The notes: generated from the sequence alone by a model not told the origin. A DNA stretch of 63,469 bases, filler included, from Parasitella parasitica NRRL 2501 (GCA_025201805.1; 5 parts of 5 records of this genome joined end to end with filler, not necessarily neighbours in it); one strand, 5' to 3'; positions 27,048-41,344 are shown, numbered from the whole stretch's first letter. Made by a program: numbers and translations.

Positions 27048-29070
27048 ATGAGCTCTTCATCAAATAACAATACACTGCATACAGATGATCGTCCGCCTGT
27101 GCACCATAGCGCAAGTAAAAGGCTAACCGAGACATCACCTACAGTAAAAAAGAGTCTTTCCCGAAACAACATGAATAGTGGTAACTTTCATTTGAATCAC
27201 TCCCCGACGGCAACCTCCAGAAGCTTTAACAGCAGCAACAGGAATTCATTAGATCAACCGCAAAAGCAGATGACAGTGGAGACTGTAGTGTTTCCCGAAC
27301 ACCAGTCAAACCTGCTTCATACATCAAACGATCATAGCATCCTGACAAAGAAGTCCAGCAGCACGCCCGTAATAGCGCCAAATGCCACGACTACTGTAAA
27401 ATACTATATAATTACGTCTTGCTAAACAAAGTGCAACTTGGTCTAAAGCTATTTTATGTTATAGGGCGATACACGCAGTATCATATCAGGCAGCGAATCA
27501 ACCAGATCTATTTCAAACAACAACAGCAAGCGTAAAAAGAAGGCCAACATGGCATCGAGCTTTGTGAACCCCACAGACATCTTTGCTCAGAACCTAAGCG
27601 ATGCTGTTATGGATGCTGATGGTGCGGTAAACCAAAATAGATTGTTACTATAGTAGCCAGCAACTGTCAAATTCTAACAAGTCTCGTAGATTCAGACGAT
27701 TTGGAATCGTATGTGTACCGTGACAAGCCAAATCCTTCTTATGCCGTGCTACCTTGGACGTACAATAGTAACGATCATTCGCTGGATCATTCCTACTATT
27801 ATGATCGGCACTACTCTTCGACAGGCACAGAAAGCAATACTGACGGCTGCGACTACAGCCATGCACGAGAAAAGTTCTACTCTTCAAGAAGACCTGTGCT
27901 TCGATCGACAGTATCAGAAATAAGGCCCACATCCTCCTCGTCTATCAACCACAAAAGCAGCAGCAAAAAGCTTAGACCTTATAAGTATCAGGCCGCAAAC
28001 TACTATTACGGTGTCGCACCTACTAGCGATGAGGAATTCACGCCGCTCGTTAGATCTAGGCCACCGCGAAGAAGAAAAGGTTCGAGTAGCCACGCAGGCC
28101 ACTCCGGATCAAGGTAGGGTATTATTTTAAAAGACAATGGCATTTTGGACTGATGCATCCTACGTGTATGGCAACCATAGTTGCTGCAGAGCATGCTTTA
28201 CTTTGTTCTATATTCTGGTAGGTTGTATCTTTTCGCTCTGTTTTGTTTGGATATTGGTTGCGCTGTATGCCAGCCCACTGACTGACGTAGAAGTGGTTGG
28301 CATAAGCAATGTTTTGGGCACTCAAAAGGAATTGATCTTCAACTTGCAAGTGCGAGCAAGGTATAAACAGATAGCATTTGCGCTGCATTTTCTTGAGATT
28401 AATAGCCTGCCATAGAAACAGCAATTGGTGGACTATTCGCATGACTAATACTGCTTTCAGCGTTTTTGCATCAAGCCATTATGTGCCTACCACCTTTGCG
28501 TCACTTGACAGCCAAGCGCACCACAATGGCACTATATCAGCATCAATGAGTGATGGCAATGCAATGGTGTTTGGTAGGCTTGATTTTCATTTTTTTTTTT
28601 TTTNNNNNNNNNNNNNNNNNNNNNNNNNNNNNNNNNNNNNNNNNNNNNNNNNNCATACAATGCCAACTTCCTGAATAGGTGCTGATCCTGCCGAGTTCCT
28701 GGGCACCATCTACCGCCTTGAAGATCCTCTGATCTACCAGCCAGGGGCACTGTTCAGTCCAGTAGTTAGTACAGCCACAAGCCAAATTCAGATAAAGAAC
28801 CCAGGTTCGACCAAAGATGACAACAGCGGTAATGAGAGATGGTCTTTGCTAATTCGATATCCCTACGAGCTGACCGTTCGAGGCGTTCTCAAATATCAAA
28901 TTCTGCCTTATCTGCCAACAATTGGACAATTACACTCTGTTCGTGTTTGTAAAATATCTCGTATTGATCCTGCTACAGGCAAAATTTCAAGCGATGTCGC
29001 CATACCCAAACAGTCAATATGCGACGACCCTTCACCTGTTGAAGGCTCGGTTATGACCCATTTTAGATAG
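27048..29070 (+). CDS. VAC7: Vacuolar segregation protein Vac7 (Fab1 regulator)
   Basis: FAQNLSDAVMDAD|DSDDLESYVY, a TM helix followed by PLTDVEVVGISNVLGTQKELIFNLQVRA, and LIRYPYELTVRGVLKY. Confidence 0.85.
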
Positions 29071-30484
29071 ATCTTTTGTTATTGTTATTGTTATTATACC
29101 CTTTCTTTTACTAAAATGCATACATATAATTTAAAAAATGGTTGGTTTTCTGCCTATTTTTGGTATCATCTTGTTTGGGTAGGATTGATGCAAATGCAAA
29201 TTCGCCGACCGTAAATCAGTTGCAAAAAAGCGCATGGTTGACTGGAGCCTACGACTATGTGTTCCAGCAGACTCGGCGTCAAAGCATTTTGGCATTATTT
29301 TCGTGTTCCTGGACTGATTACATGTTTCATTGGTGTGTTACAAAGCAAGCCAATAGAATGCGCTATCGTGGTATCCTTCTCGTATCGCCCATTGCCTCGA
29401 AGAGAAATCACAATTGCACAGCACTCTGGTATGGAATTCATTAGCCAGTACAATGTTTTGTCGTGACATAAATCTCTAGATATCCTTTGAAGCATTTTCT
29501 GTGTTATTGAGCCAGAGAATGCTCGACATACGTAAACCTAAGGGAAAAGGGGGATTGACTTGAATCCGATTTGTATCTCCTTCTTTCACACTTCTTCTTT
29601 CCATTTTTCTTTTTTACGCAAAGTTAACTAGCAAATCTGAGCAACATGTTTGGTGAATTACGTCGAATGAACGTGCGACAGGTTTGCATCCTCACTGATC
29701 AGACAGAATGGATTTTCAAGACGCTTACGCGTAAATTCTACGTAGATCGCCTTGCAATTTCTGAATATTCTAACAATTGCAGCTTCTGCGCTTATGATTT
29801 GGAAAGGTTTAGCTGTTGTGACCAATACAGAGAGTCCTATTGTAGTAGTCTTGAGGTAATAATCGAAAATAAAAAAAATAAAATAAAATAGTAATAAAAA
29901 ATCGCATTTGCTGATTTACTAAATGTCATTTCGCACATTTAGTGGAAGTATGGAGCCAGCTTTTCACCGTGGTGATTTACTGTTCCTTACGCTACCAAGA
30001 AATGCACCGGTCGAAATAAATGATATCTGTGTCTTTAAATTACCAGAAAAACCTATCCCTATTGTACACAGAGTAATCAAGGTCCACGAAGAGTAAAAGA
30101 TTTCGCCTTTTTTTTTTTTTTCACGCCTAAAATTTACAACTGATCTTTTTTCAATCATAGTGCAAAGACCAAGAAAGAATACATTTTGACAAAGGGTGAC
30201 AATAACGGCGGAGATGATCGTGCCTTGTATAACAGAGGCCAAATGTGGATTCATAGAGAACATGTTGTAGGAAAAGTTAGAGGGTAAGGCTGGATGTGAG
30301 AAGCAGAAGCATGCAATATATTAAATTCGGCTATATTCTTTAGATTCATGCCATATGTCGGCATGGTTACAATTTTAATGAATGATTATCCTTGGATGAA
30401 GTCTGTTTTATTGGGTGTCCTTGGCTTATTTGTACTCATTCACAGAGAATAACGACAATAAAAGCGAGAGCGAGACTTTTATTA

Positions 30485-32059
30485 TCATGTAAATGCAGCA
30501 GTAGATGAGAACCGATTATTTCGATCTTTAGTAGATATAGATGGAGCCCAGGAAATGCTACTACACCGTTCATTTGTATCAGTATCTCCTCTCCTCGAAG
30601 CATTGACCATCAAAATAGCTGAGCGTCTTTTAGCCGTTATTTTCTGTTGTGCTTGTATTTTATTTATTTCCATGTGTTGCAGCGATTTACAAACATCTGC
30701 CAAACAAAGGTCCTCATTCGCTCCCAGTGCTGCCACTGGCGTTGCTGGCGGCGATGGTATTAATCTATCTCGGCTACATTTGTATTCGAGTAAATCCAAA
30801 GGAGAACATACTCGAGGATTGCGGACCAAAACATCAGCAGAGAGGGGTATTGGTACAATATTTCCTATCGAATGGCTTCGTATAGATCGTCCTCGGACCG
30901 AATTATGGAACTTTAGAGATTGTGTTTGCTCATTTTGGGTTGATTTCTTGGTATCGTTTGTGTATACCGTATTCACATCTTGAAAATAGCTCATACAGTC
31001 AGAATTATACCGGGAAGGGAATTTTTCAGACCTGACTCGTGCAGAATTGGCTGCTTGTAAATGCTTGCTGCTTTTATGTTTATGGACATCATTGCAGATC
31101 TGTATCGTCGACTGCTGAAGGCGACGAGGTGGGGAGCTGATGTGAGATGGGCGATTGACAACATCGACCTTCTTAGTATATGCGTCCAATTCAGCTAATG
31201 ATTTCACCCATTCCTCGATCCAGAGAGCCTTTTCGTTCGTTAGCATGGGATTATGATGATGCTTGCTGCTCTGTTGTTGCCCAGCATGACTTGCCACGGA
31301 TACCTTTGTGTGTTGCTGCTGACTAGCTTGGACAGGACTTGTCATTTGACGATCGGCGTCACGAATTGACGCTAAATCACTCGTAGAACCCGAGTCATCT
31401 ACTGATAATGCAGTGTCGCGATTTAACTTGGACTCTCTATTGTGCATGTGGCGAGCCGCTTGAGCAAATTTCCATGTTTTCACCAGTATAAATATCCATC
31501 TTTCTAAATCATGCTGCTTGCCTGCTTTGAGAGTGTAACAGGCTCCATCAAAAGTTCGAATTGTGAATGCTTTCGAACTTGAAGCAATCGAGGTGAAAAA
31601 GCCTTTTGGTTTTCTGTGTTTTGGATTCAGTAGGGAGATTGACGATATGTTTATCATGTCAATTGTCCATTTTGGTAATTGATAGTAGCTTGCAGAAATG
31701 GGCTGAGTGTTTCGATTATTAATAGCAGCGGAACAAGAGCCAGCGAGTATTCTGTCTGTTTTGTTTTTGGGCGTAGCTAGTATTGGGGATGTAAATGAAT
31801 GCGTTGATCCTGAATTAGTCAACGAATAGAGATGGTTATGCTGAGGTAGTGTGCTGATGCTGCAGCGTGCATTGTCTAGCAGTGTATGTGGCGGCAATTT
31901 GATCTTCTTGGATGATAAGCATGTCAAAGATGTGCCGTCAAAGCGAAATAATCTCCATGCCCATTTGTCGGCTTTGTCGTCTCTAATATACAAGTATCCT
32001 TCAAAAACATGAGCTGCTATGGGTAGCTCTTCAGTGTCTGAAACGGTGCTGCGAGTCAT
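30485..32059 (-). CDS. PH-domain protein, intronless
   Basis: 524-aa ORF; FEGYLYIRDDKADKWAWRLFRFDG...YTLKAGKQHDLERWIFIL forms a split PH fold. Confidence 0.75.
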   Translation of the reverse strand: MTRSTVSDTEELPIAAHVFEGYLYIRDDKADKWAWRLFRFDGTSLTCLSSKKIKLPPHTLLDNARCSISTLPQHNHLYSLTNSGSTHSFTSPILATPKNKTDRILAGSCSAAINNRNTQPISASYYQLPKWTIDMINISSISLLNPKHRKPKGFFTSIASSSKAFTIRTFDGACYTLKAGKQHDLERWIFILVKTWKFAQAARHMHNRESKLNRDTALSVDDSGSTSDLASIRDADRQMTSPVQASQQQHTKVSVASHAGQQQSSKHHHNPMLTNEKALWIEEWVKSLAELDAYTKKVDVVNRPSHISSPPRRLQQSTIQICNDVHKHKSSKHLQAANSARVRSEKFPSRYNSDCMSYFQDVNTVYTNDTKKSTQNEQTQSLKFHNSVRGRSIRSHSIGNIVPIPLSADVLVRNPRVCSPLDLLEYKCSRDRLIPSPPATPVAALGANEDLCLADVCKSLQHMEINKIQAQQKITAKRRSAILMVNASRRGDTDTNERCSSISWAPSISTKDRNNRFSSTAAFT

Positions 32060-32788
32060 GTATTTTATTCCACCAAAAAGAAAGAAAGATAGGGAAGAAA
32101 AGGCTATTATTATATGATGTGATTTTTCCTTGTTTATAAAACCATTAAAGCTATTTCTAAAACTAGAAAATTACCATTTCAGTTTTGTTAGAGATACAAG
32201 AGCATTGCATATTAGTGCAAATCACATTGGAAAGCTTTTCCTCTGCTGCTTTGCAAGTACAGCATCCATTATTACACAGTCATTGTTTCTGCCTAACAAA
32301 AAGACCATCATGGCAATCTTTGAATGTCGCCGTGCAAAATTGAATGAACCAATCTCTCTACTGGTTGTTCCCTTCATCTGGATGTGCCAGATCTTTTTGC
32401 AAGCCATATAGCGACTGCTTGCACCAAGGGATTCGGCATGAATATATCACAAATGATGGGTCACATACAAGGTAATCGTGTGTTTGGCAGACCCAGAACG
32501 AGACCATGCTGGCAAAATTAAATCCTGCTTGTTATATTTATAGATTTTTGCATATTATATTTTTACAGATCTCCCAGAAACCCTATTTTTGGGGGGGGGG
32601 CCATGCAAACAGGCACAAGTATTAGATGTTTGAATGTTAAGATTTTTTCTATGCCATTGTTGAGCTATTTTTGTATTATTTGAAATCAGCTTTACAACAC
32701 GTTTGTTTTTAGCGCAAACATCATTGTAAAGAAACCGCAAGGACTCGCTCTTTGTGTGCAATGTTATCAAGACGCTTACATGTCATCT

Positions 32789-32856
<68 letters not shown>

Positions 32857-33616
32857 AAAATCGACGGGGATACGTGTAATACATCTGTGGTAGTGGGCGC
32901 CAGGAGACAAGCCAGGCTGATTCTGTACGTTACAGCGCGTAGTTGGTCACGCTCTTTGTTTTATCGTGCCTATTATTATCTACTGTATACCTCATTCAAG
33001 TTGATATTGATTTACGGTTGATACGATAAAAATATGCAGCTGCTTTTCAGCACATTCGAGAGATCGTGAAACGATACACTTTATCCGATAGCTTTGCTTT
33101 GTAATCACTACCTTTTAATTAGTCGTAAAGCCCAATGGCATCGGATTTCCTGTATTTCCGTGGTGGGGACTATACAACCGTGAGGCTCTCGTATTGCCTT
33201 CATAAACCATAAAGCAACGATGTGGATCTATTTGTTTTATTTTCGCATCTCACGTTGTACCATATTAAAGTACTATTTGGAGTAGAGATCCCCTAAAAAC
33301 GAATTCTGTACATATGTATATTATCAAAATACTATTTCGTGCGAGAAGACTGCCGCGGATGTCGGCTACATATATAAAGAAGCTGAGGCTCATCCATCAC
33401 AAGCTCGACAAAAAGCAAACCGACATTGAGAGCTGACAGAAACGGTGTATGTGCGCATGGAGTCAAGCCTGTACAACATGGGATGGACTGCGTAACTAGT
33501 CGAAAATCTAGAGTGTTTGCGAAAGGGGCTCTCTTATTTTACTAGACTATTTACTACAAGGTACGATATTCAGTAAAAACTTGAGACGTATCAGCGCTAA
33601 CCTGCTAATCCCAGAA

Positions 33617-34530
33617 ATGCTCGAAGGCGAAGGAAGACCGAACGTACACTATGTTGTTTCCGCAGTTGGCGCTGTAGGGACTGGTAAGTCAAGTTTACTG
33701 AATGCCATTATTGATGAGTATACTTTTGAAACTGGAAATGGTACCGACGTAAGTATTATGCGACTCAAGTAGCTCTTTGCTTATCATCTGTACAGGCAAA
33801 AACCGATAAGGTTAGAGGGGAAGTCAAAGAATGGGCATTAGAATGGAGAGTAGCCAGGAAAGCAGACAGGAAATCGAGGGAATCAAGATACTGCCACTTG
33901 ATCGATACGCCTGGTTTAATTGACTCGAATATCGAAGATCGACAAAACATCCAAGAGATGATCACCTATTTTAAATCGCTTGAAAACGGTGTCAGTGCCT
34001 TCTTTCTAGTGTTTAATATCAACGACATCAGATTGGATGCTTATACGCAGAACATGCTGAGCCTCTTCCATCAGTTGCTCGGTGAGAAATTCTGGAATTT
34101 TGTAGTCATAGTATTCACCCATGTAGATGAGGATCTACAAGAAGATTTAGAGGAAAACATTGAAGCTGTAACCGCGAGCGATGGTAATTTGAGCGATTGA
34201 TTCGACAAGTATTGATCCTAACCATAAAAAATAACAGACGGATTTGTAGCTGAAATAAGAAGACTCTATAAACTACCACGATCGTTCCAACCGTCCGTCA
34301 TATTTACATCTACACAGAATGTTAGAACAAATAGCTATACACAAAAACGCATCCGAGAGCTGTACAGTGCTGTTGGTATGTGCGAATCCCGCAATGATGG
34401 CAAACGATTTACCTGCAAATGGCTGAAAGAAATTCAGTTGAAATTAAATCAAGAAGAAAAGGCCAATTTTATTCAACAAAGCATCAGAGAGGCTCTGTCC
34501 TCTATGACCAACACCTGTTTGATGCAATAG
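33617..34530 (+). CDS. AIG1/GIMAP-like P-loop GTPase with C-terminal CaaX
   Basis: G1 GAVGTGKS, G3 LIDTPG, AFFLVF, G4 VIVFTHVD; two introns. The spliced C-terminus is ...SSMTNTCLMQ-TAG. Confidence 0.8.
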
Positions 34531-34736
34531 CAAGTCTGTTGAATGCTTAGGCGTTGATTTATCCTTTCTAACGCTAACATTTACCCGAATTACTGACAGG
34601 TTTCACTGTTTAAAAAAATATTAAAACAAGACCCTGTTCCAAAGGAAAAACCTTTTTCTTTTTTTTTTTTTTTTTTTTTTTTTTNNNNNNNNNNNNNNNN
34701 NNNNNNNNNTTCTAGCCAATTTGAATTAAAACAATC

Positions 34737-37579
34737 ATGAAATTTGCTCATTCAATTGTGCTGAATGCCGTGCCAGAATGGCTTGATAAATATGTCGAGT
34801 AAATATGCCAGGCATAGCTGCCCAATCAAGTGAGATTAATACAATTAATGTTAGTTATGATCGCCTCAAGAAGATTGTCTACCAGGCAGAAAGAGATCGG
34901 GTTGACCAGCAAAACTTTGATGCAAGGAGCCAGATTGAAAAGATTGAAAGCGGACTGCAAGGAGAAAAGCATGACAGCTTGAATGCGGGTCAGTCTGGCT
35001 CAGACCAGTTGATCACAAACAGCGAAAACGAAGCATTTTTACAAGAGTTGGATAGTCAGCTGGAGAAAGTAACCCACTTCTTCATTGCTAAAGAACAAGA
35101 GTTTCTGCGAGATGCAGATGATCTCAGTGCTGAATTCAACACTTTTCAAATACCACTGCCTGACAGCAACACTAATGCAAACAACAGCTTTGCTCTTGAA
35201 CGATTAGACTCTGGATTGCACAGGAATCAGAAACGGGATTCCAGTACGACATGCAACTCTTCTGTTCCCGACTCTGATATCCAAGATGCAGCGACTACGT
35301 CTGTCTCTGTCCCTCCTGTTTACAAAGAAGCTAGATCAAGCCAGAGTACAACCGATACCCTTCATCCACAGCCCAATGCTATTGCAAAGGACGACGCAGA
35401 TGTTTCCCAAAACCGGAATCCTCCACCAATAGCAGAGAAATGCTCCTCGGCTTATGGCCCCACGCGATCAAACACCATCAGTGTGTCCAACTTCCGCTCT
35501 CGCCGTGGCTCCAGAATCGAAAGAACGCTCAGCCAACATGATGCAATGCCTGCTTATGCTGAAGATGTGGCCGTGAAACCGCCCACTCGGATAATGCAAG
35601 CAATTGGCCTGCGTTTCCGCCGTCGAAGAGGCTCCCACGTTTCTCTGCACCAAGCTGAGAATGTTAACGAGTTCAACCAATACTACAACTTTCGTGTCCG
35701 CTGTGCCGCTACATTCATCTCTCTCACTGAACTCAAGGCTTATGCCAGCACAAATCGTACCGCCTTTGACAAGATTCTCAAAAAGTGGGACAAGGTTACT
35801 GACTCCAATCTTCGAGAAATCTACTTTGAGAAAATCGTCAACTCGTCAAATGCTTTCACTCCTGAAAACTTTCAGCGCATTGATAGCGTCTTGGACCAGG
35901 TTCTGAGCATGTACGCTGCCGTTTTTACCATGGGCAAAAAACACAATGCCGAAGTCGAGCTCAAGATGCACATGCGAGACCACATCCAGTTTGAGCGCAC
36001 CACCGTCTGGAAAGATCTGGTGGGCAAAGAACGCCAGCAGCTCGATGCGCATGCCTCTCAAACACAAAGAGGGATCGTCATTCCAAAAATCAACGTCTTT
36101 GTCAGCCACAAGACCATGTTCAACATCTTTGGTTTCATGGTGAGTATCTTGTTGTACATCATCCTGATGTGTGTAGATACTATGGGCCAGTACGAAGCAA
36201 GCAAATGTCTGGCGCTCCTCGTATTTGCTGCTCTCATGTGGGCTTTCGAGTGCATTCCACTGTTTGCTACAGCATTCTTAATCCCACTGATGGTTGTTCC
36301 TATGCACATTATAAAGGACAGCGATGGAAACGTGCTTCAAGCCACAGCCGCTGCCAAGCTCGTTTTTTCTGCCATGTTTAGCGACACCATTATGGTGCTG
36401 ATTGGTGGTTTTGCCATTGCTGCCGCCCTTAGCAAGCATGGCATTGCCAAGGCCTTTGCGGCTGCCGTGTTGAGTAAAGCTGGCTCTAGACCCCGTTGGG
36501 TTATCTTGACAAATATGTACTTGGCTACTTTCTTGAGTATGTGGATCAGTAACGTAGCAACGCCTGTGTTGTGTTTTTCGTTGGTTGATCCCATCTTGAG
36601 GACCCTGAAGCCCAATTCCAAGGTCGGTCCGTGTCTAATTATGGGCATTGCACTTGCAAGCTGCATCGGCGGTCTTATGTCTCCCATCTCATCGCCTCAA
36701 AACATTGTAACCATTAACCTGATGGATCCTAATCCAGGCTGGGGCATCTGGTTTGCTGGAGCTATCCCCTGTGGTGTTATCACTGTTCTCACAACCTGGG
36801 CCCTATTGCTTGTCTACTTCCGTCCTGACCGAGACACTCCTCACTTGAATGTCATCAAGTCGGTAGGCTTCAATCGTCCTTCCTGGTCTCAAGTGTGGGT
36901 TTGCACCGTCTGTCTTGCCACGATTGCTCTTTGGTGCGCCGAGTCCTCCATGAACGATTTCTTTGGAAATAACGGTGTCATTGCTGCCATTCCGTTTGTT
37001 CTCTTGTTTGGCACAAATATGCTCAACAAGAACGATTTAAACAATTTTTTATGGTCTGTTGTCACACTTGCGCAAGGTGGCATGGCACTAGGCTACGCTG
37101 TCAACAGCTCTGGTCTTTTGGATGTCATTGGCCATCAGATTGCTGGCAATGTCAACGGTCTTCCCGTTTTGTCCATCATTTTCATCTTTGGTATGCTGGT
37201 TTTGGTCTTTGCCACCTTTGTCAGTCATACGGTTGCTGCCTTGATCATCCTGCCCATTGTAAAGCAAGTTGGCAGCCAGCTTCCTGTCCCTCGATCCAAT
37301 TTGATGGTTATGGTCACTGGTCTTGTCTGTTCTGTTGCAATGGGCCTTCCTGTTTCTGGGTAGGTTTTTTTTTTTGTTTGAAAAAAGATCATTTGGCAAT
37401 GTTTGTCTAATCTTTCATCTAGATTTCCTAATATGAATGCCATCATGCTCGAGGATCCTACCGGAAAGCCTTATCTGACAATCAGGGATTTCTTGCTGTG
37501 TGGTGTTCCTGCTTCTTGTGTTGCAGCAGTAATTACAATCTGTTTGGGCTATGGTATTGTCAGCGGTGTGGGATACTAG
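34737..37579 (+). CDS. SPX-domain low-affinity phosphate transporter (Pho87/Pho90/Pho91 family, SLC13/DASS)
   Basis: MKFAHSIVLNAVPEWLDKY|...YDRLKK SPX start, FDKILKKWDK, SMWISNVAT, SPISSPQN and MGLPVSG|FPNMNA. Confidence 0.93.
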
Positions 37580-37964
37580 GCCCGAATGGGCGCGTGTTGT
37601 TTTGTAATTGCCTTTTTTTTTTTTTTNNNNNNNNNNNNNNNNNNNNNNNNNNNNNNNNNNNNNNNNNNNNNNNNNNNNNNNNNNNNNNNNNNNNNNNNNN
37701 NNNNNNNNNNNNNNNNNNNNNNNNNNNNNNNNNNNNNNNNNNNNNNNNNNNNNNNNNNNNNNNNNNNNNNNNNNNNNNNNNNNNNNNNNNNNNNNNNNNN
37801 NNNNNNNNNNNNNNNNNNNNNNNNNNNNNNNNNNNNNNNNNNNNNNNNNNNNNNNNNNNNNNNNNNNNNNNNNNNNNNNNNNNNNNNNNNNAGCTTTGTC
37901 AAAAATGATACTCTTCAAGCTACTACTATTTTTATTGCTTCCCATACAGCATATCTACATTGTT

Positions 37965-38882
37965 TTATACCCACTCAGTTATATCCCGTTGCCTCCAAGA
38001 ACTGTTATTGTAATTGATTAATAGTCTATCGTTTTCATCCACACATATAAGTCCCTTCACATGATACGTAGTTTCGCCACGCAAGACTTTCTCTGCCTTT
38101 ACTCGTGTAACACGATAATGCTGGCCTAATTTTAGACGATCCAAAGCAGCCTCATCGCCACCAGCCTCGCGAGAAGCCTTGCACCACTCTCTCGTCTTGA
38201 CTTCATATTCGTCGACAGTTTCCCAGTAATTTCTTATTCTGGGATTATCGGCTGGTGGCGTACGATAACCTGCTTTTGGCGTAGATTCGGCTTCAAGGTC
38301 ATCCAGCGCAGGATGACTTTTATCCCCCGTGATGATGATGGGTAAGGTGTCGCTTGGCAAGTATTTTTCCAGCTCTTCTAGATTTTTTGTGAATACAATT
38401 TTGCTTGCTACAACTGGATCCAAGATGGGGGTGATCAGGTTCCAAACTATATACAAGAGTGATCAAAAACAACAACCTTCACGACGTTGGGCCCAGGTTG
38501 CTGCAGCAAATGGCCTTGCACTTACTCGTAGAAAACACCCAAGGGGCCTTGTGAACACAAGCGAGACCCAACGTCTCGGGGTAGTATGCTTGGAAGCAGC
38601 CTACCAAAAATTTGACAACTTCAAAATCCTAAAACAAAGCAGCAATTTAGTTTCACTATAGTATCACACCACCTTCAGCACATATACTTGCCATATTGGC
38701 CATGGTAAAGTTCTCCAAATTAAATACAATGCAGACAGTGTCCATTGGGTAATCACAGATTACACGAGAAGTCTCCATGATATAAATCGTCAATAGCTTC
38801 ATAATTTCCAGAGGCTGATCTTCTTTGTGGTGAACTTGCACATTAACAAAGCTAAGCAGGTAACTATATGAGTAATTCCGGT

Positions 38883-38916
<34 letters not shown>

Positions 38917-38918
38917 AG

Positions 38919-38954
<36 letters not shown>

Positions 38955-39577
38955 GCCAAGCATCCATATTACCAAACACCACGAGCTTTTCGGTCAGGTC
39001 CACCCAATGTCACCATCTTTTGCTCCATCTGCTTCTTGAACAAAACGCCTAGGCCCTTCTTTGCCTTTTCTAATTCTTCAATCAAGCCAGTTTCACCAAG
39101 GGATACGATTTCGTTGGTCCGCATCTCCAAACGCCAGCGCAACGTGTTGGTCAGCATATTGTACGAAGCGTCGAAATCCCATTTACGGGCACGGAGGAAA
39201 CGAAGCAAGGTGGAATCTGGATTATCCGTTGCTACCATACCCCAGAATGCTTCGCGCAACAAGTTGCCTGGTATCATGGGCAGAGCCTTATCCAAAGGCA
39301 AAGACATCCATCGTGGGTCCGCTGTGGCTCCCAAAAAGTAATCATGCGCCGACTCTTCTTTCTTGGCTCCAAAGCCAAAGAAGCCAGCCTTTTTAGAGCT
39401 GGCCGATTCCAACTCACGATTTGCAGTTTGGATTTCCTGGCCAGGCTGCTCAAACAGGGTCAAAAGACGCAGCCACATCCTTTTGAGCATGCCCTCTTGC
39501 TCTGTAGTTAAATTTCCAGCATGAGCTTTTTTGCGATTCTCGAGATTCAAGCTTTTTGGAAATACTACAGTAGTCAT
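37965..39577 (-). CDS. CRAL-TRIO (Sec14/Csr1-like) lipid-transfer protein
   Basis: DNPDSTLLRFLRARKWD, IVFNLENFTMANM, FQAYYPETLG, WNLITPILDPVVASKIVFT. Confidence 0.9.
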
Positions 39578-40505
39578 TTGGAGTTTGAATGTAGATAAAC
39601 AGAAAAAGCACCCTCATTAGACTCATGTCGTCTATTTATTGCCATGTTTCGCTGAGTTTTGCAACGACACTATATGAAACGAGTACCACAAAATCGCCAA
39701 CATCGCAAGTGCGCAAATACAGAGCTTTGGCGATCTACTATCGTTTGGAAGCTGGCTATGCTCTTTGTCACCTGATATTTTTAGCGCTTATTGTAAATCG
39801 GGTGTATACATGTAGTAGGATCAAATGCAACAACATTTACTCTTATGTTCTTGTATGCTTTTCCAGAAAGATACCTCGGCTATCGCAAAATGATTATTAG
39901 AAGAGCATGTGCAGAGCGAATGAATATCTTGAATGTGCACTTGCTCTCATGTTGGAAAGACTCAATCAAATCCTTACACGCAGAGAACGTATGCTTTGAC
40001 ACTGCTAAACGTTACTCGGATGGCAAGAAAAGATGACATGCTGATAGATATAAGCTACACACAGTGTTTAGAAGCATCTGACGCAAAATGATAGCTTTTC
40101 AAAGAGCTTTATATTCGACCTAGTTCATGCCTTATGGTATCTCGTATGATCTTGACAAATGCTGATTTTTCAAACGAATGGAGCTTTTTTAATAGGATGA
40201 ATGCTACATTGCTAAATGTTGTTCTTTTTGCCATGGCGATACCTATTTTTAGACGCCATGTATCGATATTTTTGGCCTTTTTTTTTTTTTTTTGCAAAAA
40301 CCATGGCAACGTATTTGCACCATGGTATACTCCTTTAGTCAATAGTTAACATGGGTGGTTCTCATTCATGTGGAATGTGGTAGCGATGACCATGGTCCAG
40401 TTCACGCAACAACAATTGTATTGCAAACCCCGATTTTTGAAATAAAAAGATCCTTGGCGTGTGTTGGCTCAACACCTCTTTCATTATCTCTTTTAAAATA
40501 AAACA

Positions 40506-41344
40506 ATGACACAAGCAATCGTCTCGCTCTATTCTGGAAAGACACCTCTGTGTTTGCCTGTCAATGCAAACACTACTACTCGACATTTGAAACAGCAAAT
40601 CTACGAAATCACCTTAGTTCCAGTGGAAGAACAAGTGCTGCGTATTCCTAGCGGCCACGCCTTGGTCGATCAAGACTTGAGAACAAGCGACGAATTCATG
40701 AGTATCCAACTAGCTGGTAGGATTTTAGGCGGTAAAGGTGGGTTTGGGTCCATGTTGCGAGCTCAAGGCGGTCGTATGAATGCACAAAAGACTACAAATT
40801 TCGAGGCATGTCGAGATCTACAGGGCAGGCGAATTCGCACAGTCAACGACGCAAAAAAGTAAGTGCTCTTTCTCTTTTGATTCATCCAGTGCTGATGTTT
40901 TCTCCTGGCAGACTACAAGAAGAATTGGACGCAATCCCCGAGAGAGAAGCTGAAAAGAGGGAGAAACTGAAAAAGAAGATTGAAGAGGCCTTGAAAGAAC
41001 GAGAAACGAAAAAGTATCTGTTTGACGATAACAAGTTTTTGGAAGACAAAGAAGACGTGGTAGAAAGTGTTAAATCTGCGGTAGGCGATGCTATCAAACG
41101 GCAAAAGCTGACTCATCTACCTGCCAAAAAGGCGGCAACAGCATCCACATCTGCGAGTCTATTTGATGACGATATTTCATCTGACGAAGAAGAAGATGAA
41201 GGAGAAGATGGAGATGAAGATGAAGATGAAGTTGAAGATGAAGATGAAGAAGATGAAGAGGATGAAGAAGGAGAAGGAGAAGACGTGGAGGAGGAAGAGA
41301 AACTAAGTGTCAAAGGCAAAGGAAAGAAGAGATCACGCAAATAG
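40506..41344 (+). CDS. SDE2: Sde2 ubiquitin-fold splicing/replication-stress factor
   Basis: A UBL is followed by [16 protein letters not shown] and [18 protein letters not shown]; one intron; acidic tail. Confidence 0.93.

Noticed and set aside
32792-32854. Long poly(A) run as a retroposon tail
   Set aside because: There is no TSD or upstream element body; long homopolymers are common throughout this assembly.
14486-39577. Apparent phosphoinositide/phosphate gene cluster (OCA, PSD2, VAC7, SPX transporter, Sec14-like)
   Set aside because: The set spans an artificial linker and is interleaved with unrelated housekeeping genes; there is no evidence of co-regulation.
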